From NCBI RefSeq assembly GCF_049075655.1, contig NZ_CP157522.1, positions 1,184,001 to 1,248,000 of the forward strand: a stretch of DNA of 64,000 bases, in the 5' to 3' direction. The notes under the pieces were generated by a model. That model was not told the origin of the DNA, made no database searches, and was given only the letters and a program-made list of their open reading frames with translations. How positions within the stretch are numbered: position 1 is the first letter of the stretch; each line of letters opens with the position of its first letter. Positions 44,492-56,896 of the stretch are shown one piece after another. The translations under genes and the position numbers were made by a program. Origin of the DNA: Methanothermococcus sp. Ax23 (lineage in GTDB: Archaea; AGJL01; Methanococci; Methanococcales; Methanococcaceae).

Positions 44492-44959
44492 GTGAAAACT
44501 AAAAACTTAAAAATAGCAAAAAATGCCACAGTAATTGGGGATGTGAAACTTGAAGAAGATGTAAATATATGGTATGGTGCGGTTTTAAGAGGGGATGTTG
44601 ATAAAATCGTTGTTAAAAAAGGCTCAAATATCCAAGATAACTGCGTAATTCACTGTTCAGAAGGATATCCTACAATAATTGGAGAATACGTTTCAATTGG
44701 CCATGGGGCAGTTATTCATGGATGCACAATTGGGGATAATGTTCTTATTGGAATGAATTCAACAATTCTAAATGGTGCAAAAATAGGAGATAACTGCATT
44801 GTCGGAGCTCACTCACTAATAACTCAGAACAAAATAATACCACCAAACAGTTTGGTTATGGGAGCTCCTGCAAAGGTTGTTAGAATGTTAAATGATGAAG
44901 AAATAAAATCCATAAGGAATAACGCATTAAGATATATCGAATTATCAAAAAGTTTATAA
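44492..44959 (+). CDS. Gamma-carbonic-anhydrase-family protein
   Basis: IWYGAVLRGD, SNIQDNCVIH, IGHGAVIHG hexapeptide repeats. Confidence 0.92.
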   Translation: MKTKNLKIAKNATVIGDVKLEEDVNIWYGAVLRGDVDKIVVKKGSNIQDNCVIHCSEGYPTIIGEYVSIGHGAVIHGCTIGDNVLIGMNSTILNGAKIGDNCIVGAHSLITQNKIIPPNSLVMGAPAKVVRMLNDEEIKSIRNNALRYIELSKSL

Positions 44960-45114
44960 CAAATGATATATAAAAAAGAAAATGTTAATAAAAAAATGAA
45001 AAAATAAATAAATTTTTCATTTCATATATGTAATAAAAAAATAAGTCTTTTTGGGCTTTTCTTCATATATTGAATTTAGAATAAAATTAATTAATATATA
45101 AAAAGGTGCATAAT

Positions 45115-45534
45115 ATGGATTCAGTAAAATTAGGATTTGTAATTGCAGAATTTAACAGAGATTTAACATATATGATGGAAAAACTTGCAGAAGAACATGC
45201 AGAGTTTTTAAATGCTGAGGTAAAATATAAAATCGTTGTTCCCGGAGCATTCGACATGCCTATTGCAATTAAAAGACTTTTAGAAAAGGAGGATGTTGAT
45301 GCAGTGGTAACTATTGGATGTGTAATTGAAGGAGACACCGAACACGATGAAATAGTTGTTCAAAATGCGGCAAGGAAAATAGCAGACTTATCATTGGATT
45401 ACAATAAACCTGTTGCTTTGGGAATCTCAGGACCTGGTATGACAAGATTACAAGCAGAAGAAAGAATTGACTATGGTAAAAGAGCAGTTGAAGCTGCTGT
45501 AAAAATGGTAAAGAGATTAAAAGAATTAGAATAA
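45115..45534 (+). CDS. ribH: 6,7-dimethyl-8-ribityllumazine synthase
   Basis: [24 protein letters not shown]. Confidence 0.95.
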   Translation: MDSVKLGFVIAEFNRDLTYMMEKLAEEHAEFLNAEVKYKIVVPGAFDMPIAIKRLLEKEDVDAVVTIGCVIEGDTEHDEIVVQNAARKIADLSLDYNKPVALGISGPGMTRLQAEERIDYGKRAVEAAVKMVKRLKELE

Positions 45535-45608
45535 TGAAATAATAAGAATAACGATAATCATAATATAAAAAATCATAAAATAGAGAAATATAAATATTCG
45601 TGGTTCTC

Positions 45609-45908
45609 ATGAAAGATGTATTAAGGGAAGAGTTTGATATAATAAAACAGCGAATTAAAGACAAACCAGAAGGTTCATACACCGCATATTTAACAACAGA
45701 TGATGACAAAAAAACAGCATTAAATAAAATCTGTGAAAAAATAGGGGAAGAGGCAACAGAAACTATACTTGCGGCGAAGGATGGAGTAAAGGAGGAGCTC
45801 CTATATGAAAGTGCAGATTTGATATATCACACATTGGTATTGCTGGCGTACTGTGGAGTGGAATATGATGAAATAATGAATGAATTTGAGAGACGAAGAA
45901 AGAAATAA
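45609..45908 (+). CDS. hisE: Phosphoribosyl-ATP pyrophosphatase
   Basis: [23 protein letters not shown]. Confidence 0.95.
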   Translation: MKDVLREEFDIIKQRIKDKPEGSYTAYLTTDDDKKTALNKICEKIGEEATETILAAKDGVKEELLYESADLIYHTLVLLAYCGVEYDEIMNEFERRRKK

Positions 45909-45959
45909 AAGAAAAAAGTAAAAAAATATTAAATAAAATAAATTAAATAAAAATTATTC

Positions 45960-46898
45960 TTATAATTCTTTTTTATCAATTAATTCTTTTAATATTTTTG
46001 GGAATAATACCCCTTCAATGAGTTTTAAAACATCTGTTCTTGTAATAATACCCACTACATTATCGTTTTCATCTACGACTATTAGCCTACCAACTCCTTT
46101 TTTCTCCATTAAAATAAGAGCATCATATACTTTTTTATCAGGCGTTATCGTTAAAGGGTTTCTTACCATAATTTTTTCTATATATTCATTTTCCATACTA
46201 TTTGAAAGAGCATATGCAAGGTCATGAAGTGTTAAAATACCCACCAACTTATCATTAGATATAATTGGGACTCCATTTATATTGTTGTCATAAAATATTT
46301 TGGCAGCATCCTTTATCTTTACATCTGGGCTTAACCATATTAAATCTTCCTTAACTGCTATGCTTTTCACAGTTATGTTTGGAATACTTGTAACTCCTAC
46401 AACATCTATTAACAATATATGGTCTATATCGTCCCTTCCAGCCACCTTACCAAAAATTATTATTTTATTATGGTGAGTAGGCCCTATTTTTACAACGTCC
46501 CCTTCATTGAATATTTTCGTATCCCCTTTAATATATATCATTGAAGAACAGGATTTTTCATGTGCAACGGTATCAAAAACTATTTTTTCAACATAAACTC
46601 CTTCAACTCTTTCATCCCCCTTGTAAATGGGCACAACTATCTCTTCTTCACTGGATATTAATCCTACTGCCCTATATGCATGACTTGTTGGAACGTATCC
46701 TCCTTTTGGTCCCGGCACCCCATCTACTAAATTCAATGCTCTCAAAGCCTGCATTTGATTTCTAATAGTCCCTGGATTTCTATTTAATCTAATTGCTATT
46801 TCTGTTCCTTTAACTGGTCTATTTTTTTCTTTATATATTGCTATTAATTCTTGAAGTATCTCTTTTTGGACAATAGTTAAATCCATAAAAACACCCAT
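45960..46898 (-). CDS. Winged-HTH plus CBS-pair putative regulator
   Basis: RNPGTIRNQMQALR..GPKGGY HTH; C-terminal CBS pair. Confidence 0.85.
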   Translation of the reverse strand: MGVFMDLTIVQKEILQELIAIYKEKNRPVKGTEIAIRLNRNPGTIRNQMQALRALNLVDGVPGPKGGYVPTSHAYRAVGLISSEEEIVVPIYKGDERVEGVYVEKIVFDTVAHEKSCSSMIYIKGDTKIFNEGDVVKIGPTHHNKIIIFGKVAGRDDIDHILLIDVVGVTSIPNITVKSIAVKEDLIWLSPDVKIKDAAKIFYDNNINGVPIISNDKLVGILTLHDLAYALSNSMENEYIEKIMVRNPLTITPDKKVYDALILMEKKGVGRLIVVDENDNVVGIITRTDVLKLIEGVLFPKILKELIDKKEL

Positions 46899-46984
46899 TA
46901 TAAATGATTATAATTACAGTTATAAATTATGATATATACAATATAAAAATGTTTTTATTTATATAGCATATTACAAAAAAGAGA

Positions 46985-47740
46985 TTAAAAATCTAATGAA
47001 ATTATCTCAACACCTAAGGCATCTTCCATATATTTTTTAAATAATTTCAATCCATAAACCTCTGTTCCATAATGTCCCCCATCTATCACACATAAACCGA
47101 GCTCCTCCGCAAGTATCTTTGAGTGGTGGGTTAAGTCCCCAGATATATATACATCTGCGAGCTCCGAAACATACTTCACAGATTTTTGGGATAGTCCATA
47201 ACCAGAGAGAACGGCTACTTTTAAATTTTCTTCATTATTTACAACTTCTGAATTTACAACAACGGGGTTTTTTGTAATATGTTCTTTTGTAATATTCAAT
47301 ATATCATCAAAAGTTCCATTATATGTTCCTATTCTACCTAATCCATTTTCATATAGGCATTTAGCATTTTTTAAGTCGTATAAATCAACAAGGGCATCAT
47401 TTAATCCATTTTTACATATATCTAAATTCGTATGAGCCGAGTATAGTATTATTTCATTTTCCATCAATATCTTTAATTTTGCATACATTACTCCCGTAAA
47501 TGTTCTGATAGGGTCTTTTAAAATCGGATGATGAGTAAATAAAAAATTAACTCCTTCCTTTTTTGCCTTTTTTACAACATTTAAAGAAGGGTCTAATGCT
47601 ATACCGATTTTTTCAATATCTTTGTTTAAATCATCTCCAACTTGAAGCCCTATATTATCCCCTTCAATTGCGAGCTCTGCTGGTGCAAATTCTTCTATGA
47701 AATTTATAATATCTTGTGCTTTTATAGCTTTTATATTCAT
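46985..47740 (-). CDS. Nif3-like dinuclear metal-centre protein (HcgD-like)
   Basis: DNIGLQVG, THHP, SAHTNLD, SGDLTHH, GHYGTE. Confidence 0.9.
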   Translation of the reverse strand: MNIKAIKAQDIINFIEEFAPAELAIEGDNIGLQVGDDLNKDIEKIGIALDPSLNVVKKAKKEGVNFLFTHHPILKDPIRTFTGVMYAKLKILMENEIILYSAHTNLDICKNGLNDALVDLYDLKNAKCLYENGLGRIGTYNGTFDDILNITKEHITKNPVVVNSEVVNNEENLKVAVLSGYGLSQKSVKYVSELADVYISGDLTHHSKILAEELGLCVIDGGHYGTEVYGLKLFKKYMEDALGVEIISLDF

Positions 47741-48369
47741 TTTATCCCCTTCGCTGTGATTATCTGCAATTCCTCATAGGGAAACTTCATTGATGCGGTT
47801 TTTTTAGCTTCAAATCCATGTTTTTTTAACAATTCTATTGTTTTTTCTTCCCCAGTTAATGATGATTGCACTATCTGGATTGTTCCATTTTCTTTTAAAT
47901 AATCCCCAACTTCATGGATAAATCTATCAAGAACTTTTCTTCCATCAATCCCGCCATCAAATGCATAGTTTAAATATTTTTCAAGTTTTTCCTCTTCCGA
48001 TGTTGGTAGGTATGGGGCATTGAATAGTATTACATCGAATTTTGATTTGAGTTTATTCTTTATCTCATCCATATTTTTAAATAAATCGCTTTCAAAAAAG
48101 AAAATATTTTCGTTTAATTTTAATTTATTTAATAATGCGTTTTCCTTTGCAGTTTCTATTGCGTATGGATTTATATCTATTCCAACTACCTTTTTAGCTC
48201 CACTTTTTAGTGAATTTATTGCCTGAATTCCTGTTCCTGTTCCCACATCTAAAACTGTTTTATTTTTCACATCCACTAAATTATTTAATAGGAGCTCACT
48301 ATCCTCAGCAGGTTCATAAACTTTTGGGTGGATTTTTATCAATATATTCTTTATTTCTATTACTCTCAT
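47737..48369 (-). CDS. HemK2/Mtq2-family protein methyltransferase
   Basis: VYEPAEDSELL, LDVGTGTG, FNAPYLP, FDGGIDG. Confidence 0.9.
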   Translation of the reverse strand: MRVIEIKNILIKIHPKVYEPAEDSELLLNNLVDVKNKTVLDVGTGTGIQAINSLKSGAKKVVGIDINPYAIETAKENALLNKLKLNENIFFFESDLFKNMDEIKNKLKSKFDVILFNAPYLPTSEEEKLEKYLNYAFDGGIDGRKVLDRFIHEVGDYLKENGTIQIVQSSLTGEEKTIELLKKHGFEAKKTASMKFPYEELQIITAKGIK

Positions 48370-48400
48370 AATTATTCCTTATGTAGTATTTTCATTAAAA

Positions 48401-48458
48401 CTTGACAAAACCCTTTGGGTTTTGTAAGTCAGTGAATCCAAAGGATTCACTTCGACTT
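48401..48458. repeat. Double-hairpin element overlapping the PUA-gene stop codon
   Basis: ACAAAACCC-TTT-GGGTTTTGT, then AGTGAATCC-AAA-GGATTCACT bracketed by AAGTC/GACTT. Confidence 0.7.
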
Positions 48459-48926
48459 CCAAATATCATCTCCAATATAGTGAATGGTTTTAATTGCTTT
48501 GCCTTTGTTTGATTCTTTCATTGTTTTTCCATCCATTAATGCTTCACCAACACATAAAGGTCTATTGTGGGTTTCATCCACTACAAAAACAACATCCCCT
48601 TCTTTAATGTTCTCATCTGCTTCCACTATCCCCGGAGCCATTACATCAGCACCATTTGCTAAGAATTTCACAGCTCCCATATCAACTACTACCTTACCTT
48701 TATCCAACTCATGGTTCAATAGGGTTTTTAATGTAGGATATACTTTATCGTTTATTTTAAATGCTATTGGTTCATTGTCTATTAAAATCATTTCATAATC
48801 TTCCGTTATGGCGAGCTCGGCGTTTGCCTTTTTTGGAATTACTTCAATTCCGAATATATTATCTAACTCTTCTTTTATTCTTTTTAGTTCCTTCTTTTTT
48901 AAGCAGTATCTTCTTTTTATTTCCAA
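48447..48926 (-). CDS. PUA-domain RNA-binding protein
   Basis: VVVDMGAVKFLANGADVMAPGI, KGKAIKTIHYIGD. Confidence 0.9.
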   Translation of the reverse strand: MEIKRRYCLKKKELKRIKEELDNIFGIEVIPKKANAELAITEDYEMILIDNEPIAFKINDKVYPTLKTLLNHELDKGKVVVDMGAVKFLANGADVMAPGIVEADENIKEGDVVFVVDETHNRPLCVGEALMDGKTMKESNKGKAIKTIHYIGDDIWKSK

Positions 48927-48998
48927 TTTATCACCATTAATTTAATCCATTTATTTTTTAAATTTTTCAATATATGTTAAGGTTTTGATGTCATTTCC

Positions 48999-49009
48999 TC
49001 GGAGCTCCT
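48999..49009. repeat. Direct repeat TCGGAGCTCCT, left of the TA cassette
   Basis: Identical 11-mer at 49657-49667. Confidence 0.75.
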
Positions 49010-49014
49010 ATTTA

Positions 49015-49356
49015 TCACTTGTCGAGCTCTTTTAATATCTTTTCAATGGTTTCCTTTGTTTCTGGAATATCTTCTTTAATGACTTTCCAGACTAATTCTA
49101 AATTAACATTAGAATATGAATGAATCAATTTATCCCGCATACCTGCAATGTCCCTCCAAGGCACTTCTGGATAGTTTTCCCTTAAATCATCAGGTATATT
49201 TTTCACCGCCTCGCCTATTATCTCAATACATCTACATACTGAATACTGAGTCTTTTTATCCCTTAAAAATTCTTTGTAATCCATATTTTCTACAAATTCT
49301 TCTGCCAAGCCCATATTTTCGATAATATCAATTAGATATATATCAACTTTCTTCAA
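49015..49356 (-). CDS. HEPN (HepT/DUF86) toxin
   Basis: [25 protein letters not shown] (RxxxxH); overlaps the upstream MNT gene. Confidence 0.92.
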   Translation of the reverse strand: MKKVDIYLIDIIENMGLAEEFVENMDYKEFLRDKKTQYSVCRCIEIIGEAVKNIPDDLRENYPEVPWRDIAGMRDKLIHSYSNVNLELVWKVIKEDIPETKETIEKILKELDK

Positions 49357-49645
49357 TAGGAATCTCCTCCTTTAAGATTGTTTCTTTTAATTCCTTCCTA
49401 ATATCATTTTTTAACACCAAATCTACTTTAATACTTAACAAATCAGATAGATAATTTTCTAAATTCACAAATTTTAATAAACTAGGTAATTCATAAAATT
49501 CAACTAAAATATCAATATCTGAAGTTTCTTTCTGCTCCCCTCTTGCATAACTTCCAAATATTCCAATAGTTTTAACTTTGTATTTTTCTTTTAGTTCCTT
49601 TTTGTGTTCTAAAAGTATCTTTTTTATTTCGTTTAAGGTTTTCAT
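49343..49645 (-). CDS. Minimal nucleotidyltransferase (MntA-like) antitoxin
   Basis: [21 protein letters not shown] motif. Confidence 0.92.
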   Translation of the reverse strand: MKTLNEIKKILLEHKKELKEKYKVKTIGIFGSYARGEQKETSDIDILVEFYELPSLLKFVNLENYLSDLLSIKVDLVLKNDIRKELKETILKEEIPIEES

Positions 49646-49656
49646 ATTATCCCCCT

Positions 49657-49667
49657 TCGGAGCTCCT
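49657..49667. repeat. Direct repeat TCGGAGCTCCT, right of the TA cassette
   Basis: Identical 11-mer at 48999-49009. Confidence 0.75.
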
Positions 49668-49783
49668 TGATATATTATAACCTATACTAATTTTAATTTT
49701 TTATTATATTTTCGATGATGTTATTATTTTTATTTCTTTCTTTTTACATTTATTATTTCCTTTTTAATTATAATTATTATTAC

Positions 49784-50863
49784 CTATTCTAAAAATTCAT
49801 AAACTGTGTTTCGCTCCTTTGGAATTCTTCCGATTCTTGAAATCATATCCTTTATTTCATCAACAGATACATAAACTCCATGCTCTGCTCCCGCAGATTT
49901 TGAAATATTTTCCTCCATAAGTGTTCCGCCGAAATCATTGGCCCCACATTTTAAACCGATTTGAGCCATTTTAAACCCTAACTTAACCCATGATACCTGG
50001 ATATTTTTTATAAGGTCTTTAAATAATATCCTACTAATGGCATAAACCTTTAAGTCCTCCAAACCAGTAGCTCCCCCCCGAGCTCTCCCTTCATAATATA
50101 TTGGTGCTAATTTATGCATAAAACTTAATGGGACAAATTCGGTAAAGCCCCCAGTTTCTTCCTGAATTTCTTTTAAAATAAATAAATGATTCACCATGTG
50201 CTTATACTCTTCAATATGTCCATACATCATGGTAGATGTTGTTTTTATGCCGACTTTATGGGCTGTTTTTACTACTTTAACCCATTCCTTAGTTGATAAT
50301 TTTGTTGGGCAGAGCTCCGACCTAATCTCATCATCAAGTATTTCAGCGGCTGTTCCCGGCATTGTGTTTAATCCATTTTCTTTCAGCATTTTAAGTGCTT
50401 CTTTAATATCAAGTCCGGCGTTTTCAGCCCCAAATTTAATTTCCATTGGTGAAAATGCGTGAATGTGTATATCCCCATAAGGTTTTGTAATGTCATGAAC
50501 TTTTTTCAATATCTCTATCTGGAAGTTTGTATCCACAATAGGATGAAGTCCCCCTTGGATGCATACCTCTGTGCATCCCAATTTTTTTGCTTCCAATGCC
50601 CTTTTTGCAATCTCATCAATATCTAAAAAATAGGCATTTTTATCCTTCTCACTTACTCTAAATGCGCAGAATTTACAATCTCCAACGCAAATATTTGTGA
50701 AATTAATGTTTCTATTGACAATATAGCTCACAACATCCCCTACAATTTCCCTTCTAAGATTGTCAGCGCATTTTAGAATATTAAAAAAGTTTTCAGTATC
50801 TTCAAATAATTCCAAACAATCCTTTTTCGAAATATCTCCTTCACAATATTTTTCTAAATCCAT
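49784..50863 (-). CDS. cofH: FO synthase subunit 2 (radical SAM)
   Basis: NRNINFTNICVGDCKFCAF, EVCIQGGLHP, MPGTAAEIL, GANDFGGTLMEE. Confidence 0.93.
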   Translation of the reverse strand: MDLEKYCEGDISKKDCLELFEDTENFFNILKCADNLRREIVGDVVSYIVNRNINFTNICVGDCKFCAFRVSEKDKNAYFLDIDEIAKRALEAKKLGCTEVCIQGGLHPIVDTNFQIEILKKVHDITKPYGDIHIHAFSPMEIKFGAENAGLDIKEALKMLKENGLNTMPGTAAEILDDEIRSELCPTKLSTKEWVKVVKTAHKVGIKTTSTMMYGHIEEYKHMVNHLFILKEIQEETGGFTEFVPLSFMHKLAPIYYEGRARGGATGLEDLKVYAISRILFKDLIKNIQVSWVKLGFKMAQIGLKCGANDFGGTLMEENISKSAGAEHGVYVSVDEIKDMISRIGRIPKERNTVYEFLE

Positions 50864-51090
50864 GAAACCACCAATATGTTTTAAGTGAGAATCCTTATAG
50901 TTACCTACTTACTTGATAATTACTAATATTTAATAATATTTTAGAACATTTTAAAATATAGTATAATAAATGTAAAATATAATAAAAATAAAGCATATAA
51001 TTTATTTTATACCATATATTAGATTATTTAATCATTATTTTAAAATTTAAGGGCGTATGTTATTATATAAATACTTTTCTATTTAAATTA

Positions 51091-51110
51091 AATGGAAACT
51101 AAATATATAC
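51091..51110 (+). promoter_or_regulatory. Putative BRE/TATA promoter of mer
   Basis: GGAAACTAAATATATA about 65 bp upstream of the mer start; the AT-rich background limits specificity. Confidence 0.4.
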
Positions 51111-51153
51111 CAATAAAAACAATATATTAGTGGTAATACTGCCTAACCCATAA

Positions 51154-52146
<993 letters not shown>

Positions 52147-52163
52147 ATTATTAAAATTATGTA

Positions 52164-52185
52164 TCTTTTTTCTTTTCTTTTTTCC
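52164..52185 (+). terminator. Oligo-T terminator downstream of mer
   Basis: TCTTTTTTCTTTTCTTTTTTCC immediately 3' of the stop codon. Confidence 0.5.
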
Positions 52186-52227
52186 TTATTCTTAAATAAT
52201 TTAAAATTAAAAAAGAAAATATTTATA

Positions 52228-52407
52228 TTATTTCAAATTAAGCTCTTTTATCAGTGCTCCAATCTTTGACGGATTCACTATATTTACATCTATCTTTTTA
52301 TCTTTTACAGTTATTTCAACTGTCCTTTGACCTTCAACAGATAATTGGAGACCAACTCCTTTTTTTTCAAGAGTATCTATTATTCCCACCAGCATTTCCA
52401 TATCCAT
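52228..52407 (-). CDS. Small hypothetical protein (59 aa, below the ORF-track cutoff)
   Basis: MDMEMLVGIIDTLEKKGVGLQLSVEGQRTVEITVKDKKIDVNIVNPSKIGALIKELNLK; GTGAT RBS-like motif upstream; coding-like composition. Confidence 0.65.
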   Translation of the reverse strand: MDMEMLVGIIDTLEKKGVGLQLSVEGQRTVEITVKDKKIDVNIVNPSKIGALIKELNLK

Positions 52408-52459
52408 ATTATCACTTTTTTATTTTATATTATATTCGTTTAATATCTATTATTGCTTT

Positions 52460-53839
52460 TTATTGCTTGTTATCTTCTATCTTTTTAAATTTATCACAGG
52501 CATTTTCAGCTGCAAGAGCAAGCGGGTCAATTACCATTGAAACTGGCGGAGCATAGCAGAACTCCATATTTGCCAGTTCATCACAAGTCATATTTTTCAC
52601 AATACCTATGGATACTGCATCCACTCTTTCGGCAACTCTTTCTCCCCCCACAATCTGACATCCTACAATATTTTTGTTCATATCACATATTAATTTAACT
52701 TCTATTAACTTTCCACCTGGATAGTATCTTGCCCTTGTAAGTGCCTTTGACTTTCCAACTACAACTTCAAGTCTGTTTTGATGAGCTCCGAGCTCACTCA
52801 TGCCTGTTCCAGCCATTTCAATATCTCCAATTTTTGATACCATGGCATTTAAAACTGGGTTGAATTTAGCTTCAATACCCACGATATTTTTTCCTGCAAC
52901 TTTACCCTGTCTTACAGCTGTTGTTCCAAATGGTGATAAGGTAATCTGCTTTGTGATTAAATCCACAACTTCCACACAGTCTCCAACTGCGTATATGTTT
53001 GGAATTGAAGTTTGCATTTTTTCATTTACCTTTATAGCCCATCTTCCTATTTCACAACCTGCCTTTTTTGCCAGTTCTATGTTTGGTCTGACACCTGTTG
53101 CCATTATAACCATGTCACACTCGTAGAGCTCCCCATCTATTACCGCACCATTTACCTTACCTTCTTCATCCCCAACAATCTTACCTAATGGTTTTTCAAG
53201 TATAAACTTAATACCAACATCTTCTTCCAAATACTTCATAACAATTTTAGCCATATCTATATCCAGAGCTCTCGGTAATATTTGGGGTGCCATTTCAACA
53301 ACTATTACATCAAGACCGAGCTCCTTCAATGCGTATGCTGTTTCAAGTCCAATTGCCCCAGCGCCTGCAACTATTGCACTTTTTGAATTTTCCGCATACT
53401 CTTTTATCTTTATACCATCTTCAATTGTCCTTAGTTTAAAGACGCCTTTTAAATCCACCCCTTCAATCGGTGGAACAAATGGTGAGCCCCCAGTAGCCAA
53501 AACAAGGTAATCATAAGTTAATTCTATTTCATTGTTTTCTTTATCTTTATATATTATTTTATTATTCTCTGAATCCACATCCAAAACTTCTGACTCTGTG
53601 ATTACATCGATATGCCTATCTTTTTTGTATTCTTCGGGAGTGTGCATTATTATATCTTCAAATGAAGGTATTTCATTACATATTACATAGGGAATAGCAC
53701 ATGGTGAATATGCTATATATTTATCCTTTGTAATCACTACTATTTCCATTTCTTTATTATATCTTCTTATAGTTGAAGCGGTGGTTAATCCTGCGGCTCC
53801 ACTTCCAATTACAACAACTCTCATTTCTTCACCTGACAT
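52460..53839 (-). CDS. FAD-dependent NADH oxidase / CoA-disulfide reductase family
   Basis: GSGAAG, YSPCAIP redox Cys, GAGAIG, IYAVGDC, CYAPP. Confidence 0.9.
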   Translation of the reverse strand: MSGEEMRVVVIGSGAAGLTTASTIRRYNKEMEIVVITKDKYIAYSPCAIPYVICNEIPSFEDIIMHTPEEYKKDRHIDVITESEVLDVDSENNKIIYKDKENNEIELTYDYLVLATGGSPFVPPIEGVDLKGVFKLRTIEDGIKIKEYAENSKSAIVAGAGAIGLETAYALKELGLDVIVVEMAPQILPRALDIDMAKIVMKYLEEDVGIKFILEKPLGKIVGDEEGKVNGAVIDGELYECDMVIMATGVRPNIELAKKAGCEIGRWAIKVNEKMQTSIPNIYAVGDCVEVVDLITKQITLSPFGTTAVRQGKVAGKNIVGIEAKFNPVLNAMVSKIGDIEMAGTGMSELGAHQNRLEVVVGKSKALTRARYYPGGKLIEVKLICDMNKNIVGCQIVGGERVAERVDAVSIGIVKNMTCDELANMEFCYAPPVSMVIDPLALAAENACDKFKKIEDNKQ

Positions 53840-54002
53840 ACATTGAATTATTAAAATTATTAATAACTATATAATAAAATACTTTTAGTATGAAACATTA
53901 TTAGTATATAAGTATTTTGATGGATAAATAACTATGTTTTGAAGAAATAATGGAATTAAATAATGAATTGATTTTCAGTATCTTTCACTTCGTTTTGTAT
54001 TA

Positions 54003-55049
54003 TTATTCAATAGGGAATCTTAATATTGCCCCTATTCCACCAAGACCTTTTAATTGTTTTCCTGCGTCGTGTTCTGTGGAAATAATTACTGTTTTTCCAC
54101 CGATACTCTCAACCGAATTTACCATATCTTCAATCTTTTTTCTATTTTTTCTCAAAAACTCATCGGTTATAAGGAGCGTCTCTATTGCAGAGTAGTTTAA
54201 AGCATTTTTAACATCGTCAATTCCATAAACTGCAAGACCCTTTTTTGAAATCTCTTCTAAAAGTTTATTTACAAGCTGAGTTTCTTTACTTAGTCTTGCC
54301 TGACCATATATTCTGTCAATTATTCCAGATTTTAAAACTTCACTAAGCCCCAGTCTTCCAGTATGGTTTGTAGATTCAAATATAGCTCTTTGATAGATAT
54401 CTTTGTATTTTTCAGATAAATATTTTTGAAAATTATTTTTCCCAAATCCAGGACCTGCAACAAGAATTTTACCATCGTATGGACTTAATACATCGACTAT
54501 TTCATTATAGTAGCTGAATTTCTCCTGTTCTTGCCGTTTATAATCCAATTTTTTTGATAGACCTGATTTTATATGTGCCACTTCCTTTGCACCATACTCC
54601 CTAATTAAAAATACATTGGCTTCATTTTCATCCATAATAACTACTACGACCTTTGGCTTTTTTGCAGAATCTTCCGCATCTTTCAATCTCTCCAAATCCC
54701 ATCTCTTCCAATTTTTTTGAATAGATACTTCTGTGAGCGGTTCTATATCTATAGTATGGTAGGAACCCAATGGAACATCATCAGGACCGTGTATTATCTT
54801 GCCGCTCACTCTCAATCTATTTGTATCCTCGTGGAAATTTATTTTTTCTGCCTTAATACCTAAATACACTCTTCTTTTTGCTCCCCTATCTGCCCTTAAT
54901 TTATCTCCTTTATCTTCAACCCTACGTTCTGTCATGGCAGAAACTGCATTATTTTTTTCAATGATATTGTAAAGATGCCAGAGGTCATCTAAATTCTCAG
55001 GCATTACTTTAATTATATTTTTTTCAGGAATTTCCTTAATAATTTTCAT
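54003..55049 (-). CDS. pelA: Pelota (ribosome rescue)
   Basis: PENLDDLWHL, GSYHTIDI, AGPGF, GLGGIGAILRF. Confidence 0.95.
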   Translation of the reverse strand: MKIIKEIPEKNIIKVMPENLDDLWHLYNIIEKNNAVSAMTERRVEDKGDKLRADRGAKRRVYLGIKAEKINFHEDTNRLRVSGKIIHGPDDVPLGSYHTIDIEPLTEVSIQKNWKRWDLERLKDAEDSAKKPKVVVVIMDENEANVFLIREYGAKEVAHIKSGLSKKLDYKRQEQEKFSYYNEIVDVLSPYDGKILVAGPGFGKNNFQKYLSEKYKDIYQRAIFESTNHTGRLGLSEVLKSGIIDRIYGQARLSKETQLVNKLLEEISKKGLAVYGIDDVKNALNYSAIETLLITDEFLRKNRKKIEDMVNSVESIGGKTVIISTEHDAGKQLKGLGGIGAILRFPIE

Positions 55050-55127
55050 AATACCTAACCTTAAATTGTTATATACAATATAGTAGCATAATAAAATTAC
55101 TTAAAAACTTAATAAAAACTTATTTAC

Positions 55128-55547
55128 TTACTCAATAAATGAGAGCTCACCATCTTCAAGAATATTTATTATGAATGGCTTCTTAACGATTCTTTTGTCA
55201 ATATTATCTTTCGCATTTTTATGTATTAAATCAAGTATTTCCAATGAACTGTAATTTACATGGATATCATTTTCATCAGAGGTTTTAAATACCATCTTCG
55301 GAATATCAAAAACATCAACGCCTTCTTTGACAACTAATTTTACAGGAGCCATTATATCGTTGTAAATCCTTAATGTGTTCCTTGCTTTTTCTACATTTTC
55401 CTTTGCTCTTTTTTCTATCATGCTAATATTCGCCCTACTGGTATTCATCATTGTCGCGATTTCTTCCTGAGTTAATCCTTTTTTCCTTAATTTTAATACT
55501 TTTATTTGGGTGTCTGTTAAAAACGATTCCATAAAATCCCCCGGCAT
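55128..55547 (-). CDS. Tfx-family DNA-binding protein
   Basis: [43 protein letters not shown]. Confidence 0.9.
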   Translation of the reverse strand: MPGDFMESFLTDTQIKVLKLRKKGLTQEEIATMMNTSRANISMIEKRAKENVEKARNTLRIYNDIMAPVKLVVKEGVDVFDIPKMVFKTSDENDIHVNYSSLEILDLIHKNAKDNIDKRIVKKPFIINILEDGELSFIE

Positions 55548-55696
55548 ATTTTTTAAATATATGGTATATAAATTATAGAATTATTTTTTAAATATAATAT
55601 TATATATTAGTTTAACAATAAAAATGTGTCTTTATCGCTAAAAATATATGATAAAAAATAATATTATGTATTAATTCTTGGCAATATGGTGGATTA

Positions 55697-56602
<906 letters not shown>

Positions 56603-56896
56603 TCATTAAACTTAGTTTCAAGGTTGTAAAATTATAAAAACTCTTATTTATTTTTAAAATTTTTTAAATACTTGATAATATTGGTTAAAGATATATAAGT
56701 TAAAAAACCAACTGACAAACATAACAATATAACCCATTATTTTAAATTATTTTCTATTTTCTATTTATTGATTATTTCATTATTAAAATTATTAATTAAA
56801 TACTTATTCTACAAAGGAAATAATATTATAAATACTTTAAAAATTATCCATCATAAATATAATTAAAATTATTGTAAAAAATTAAAAAGTGAAAAT

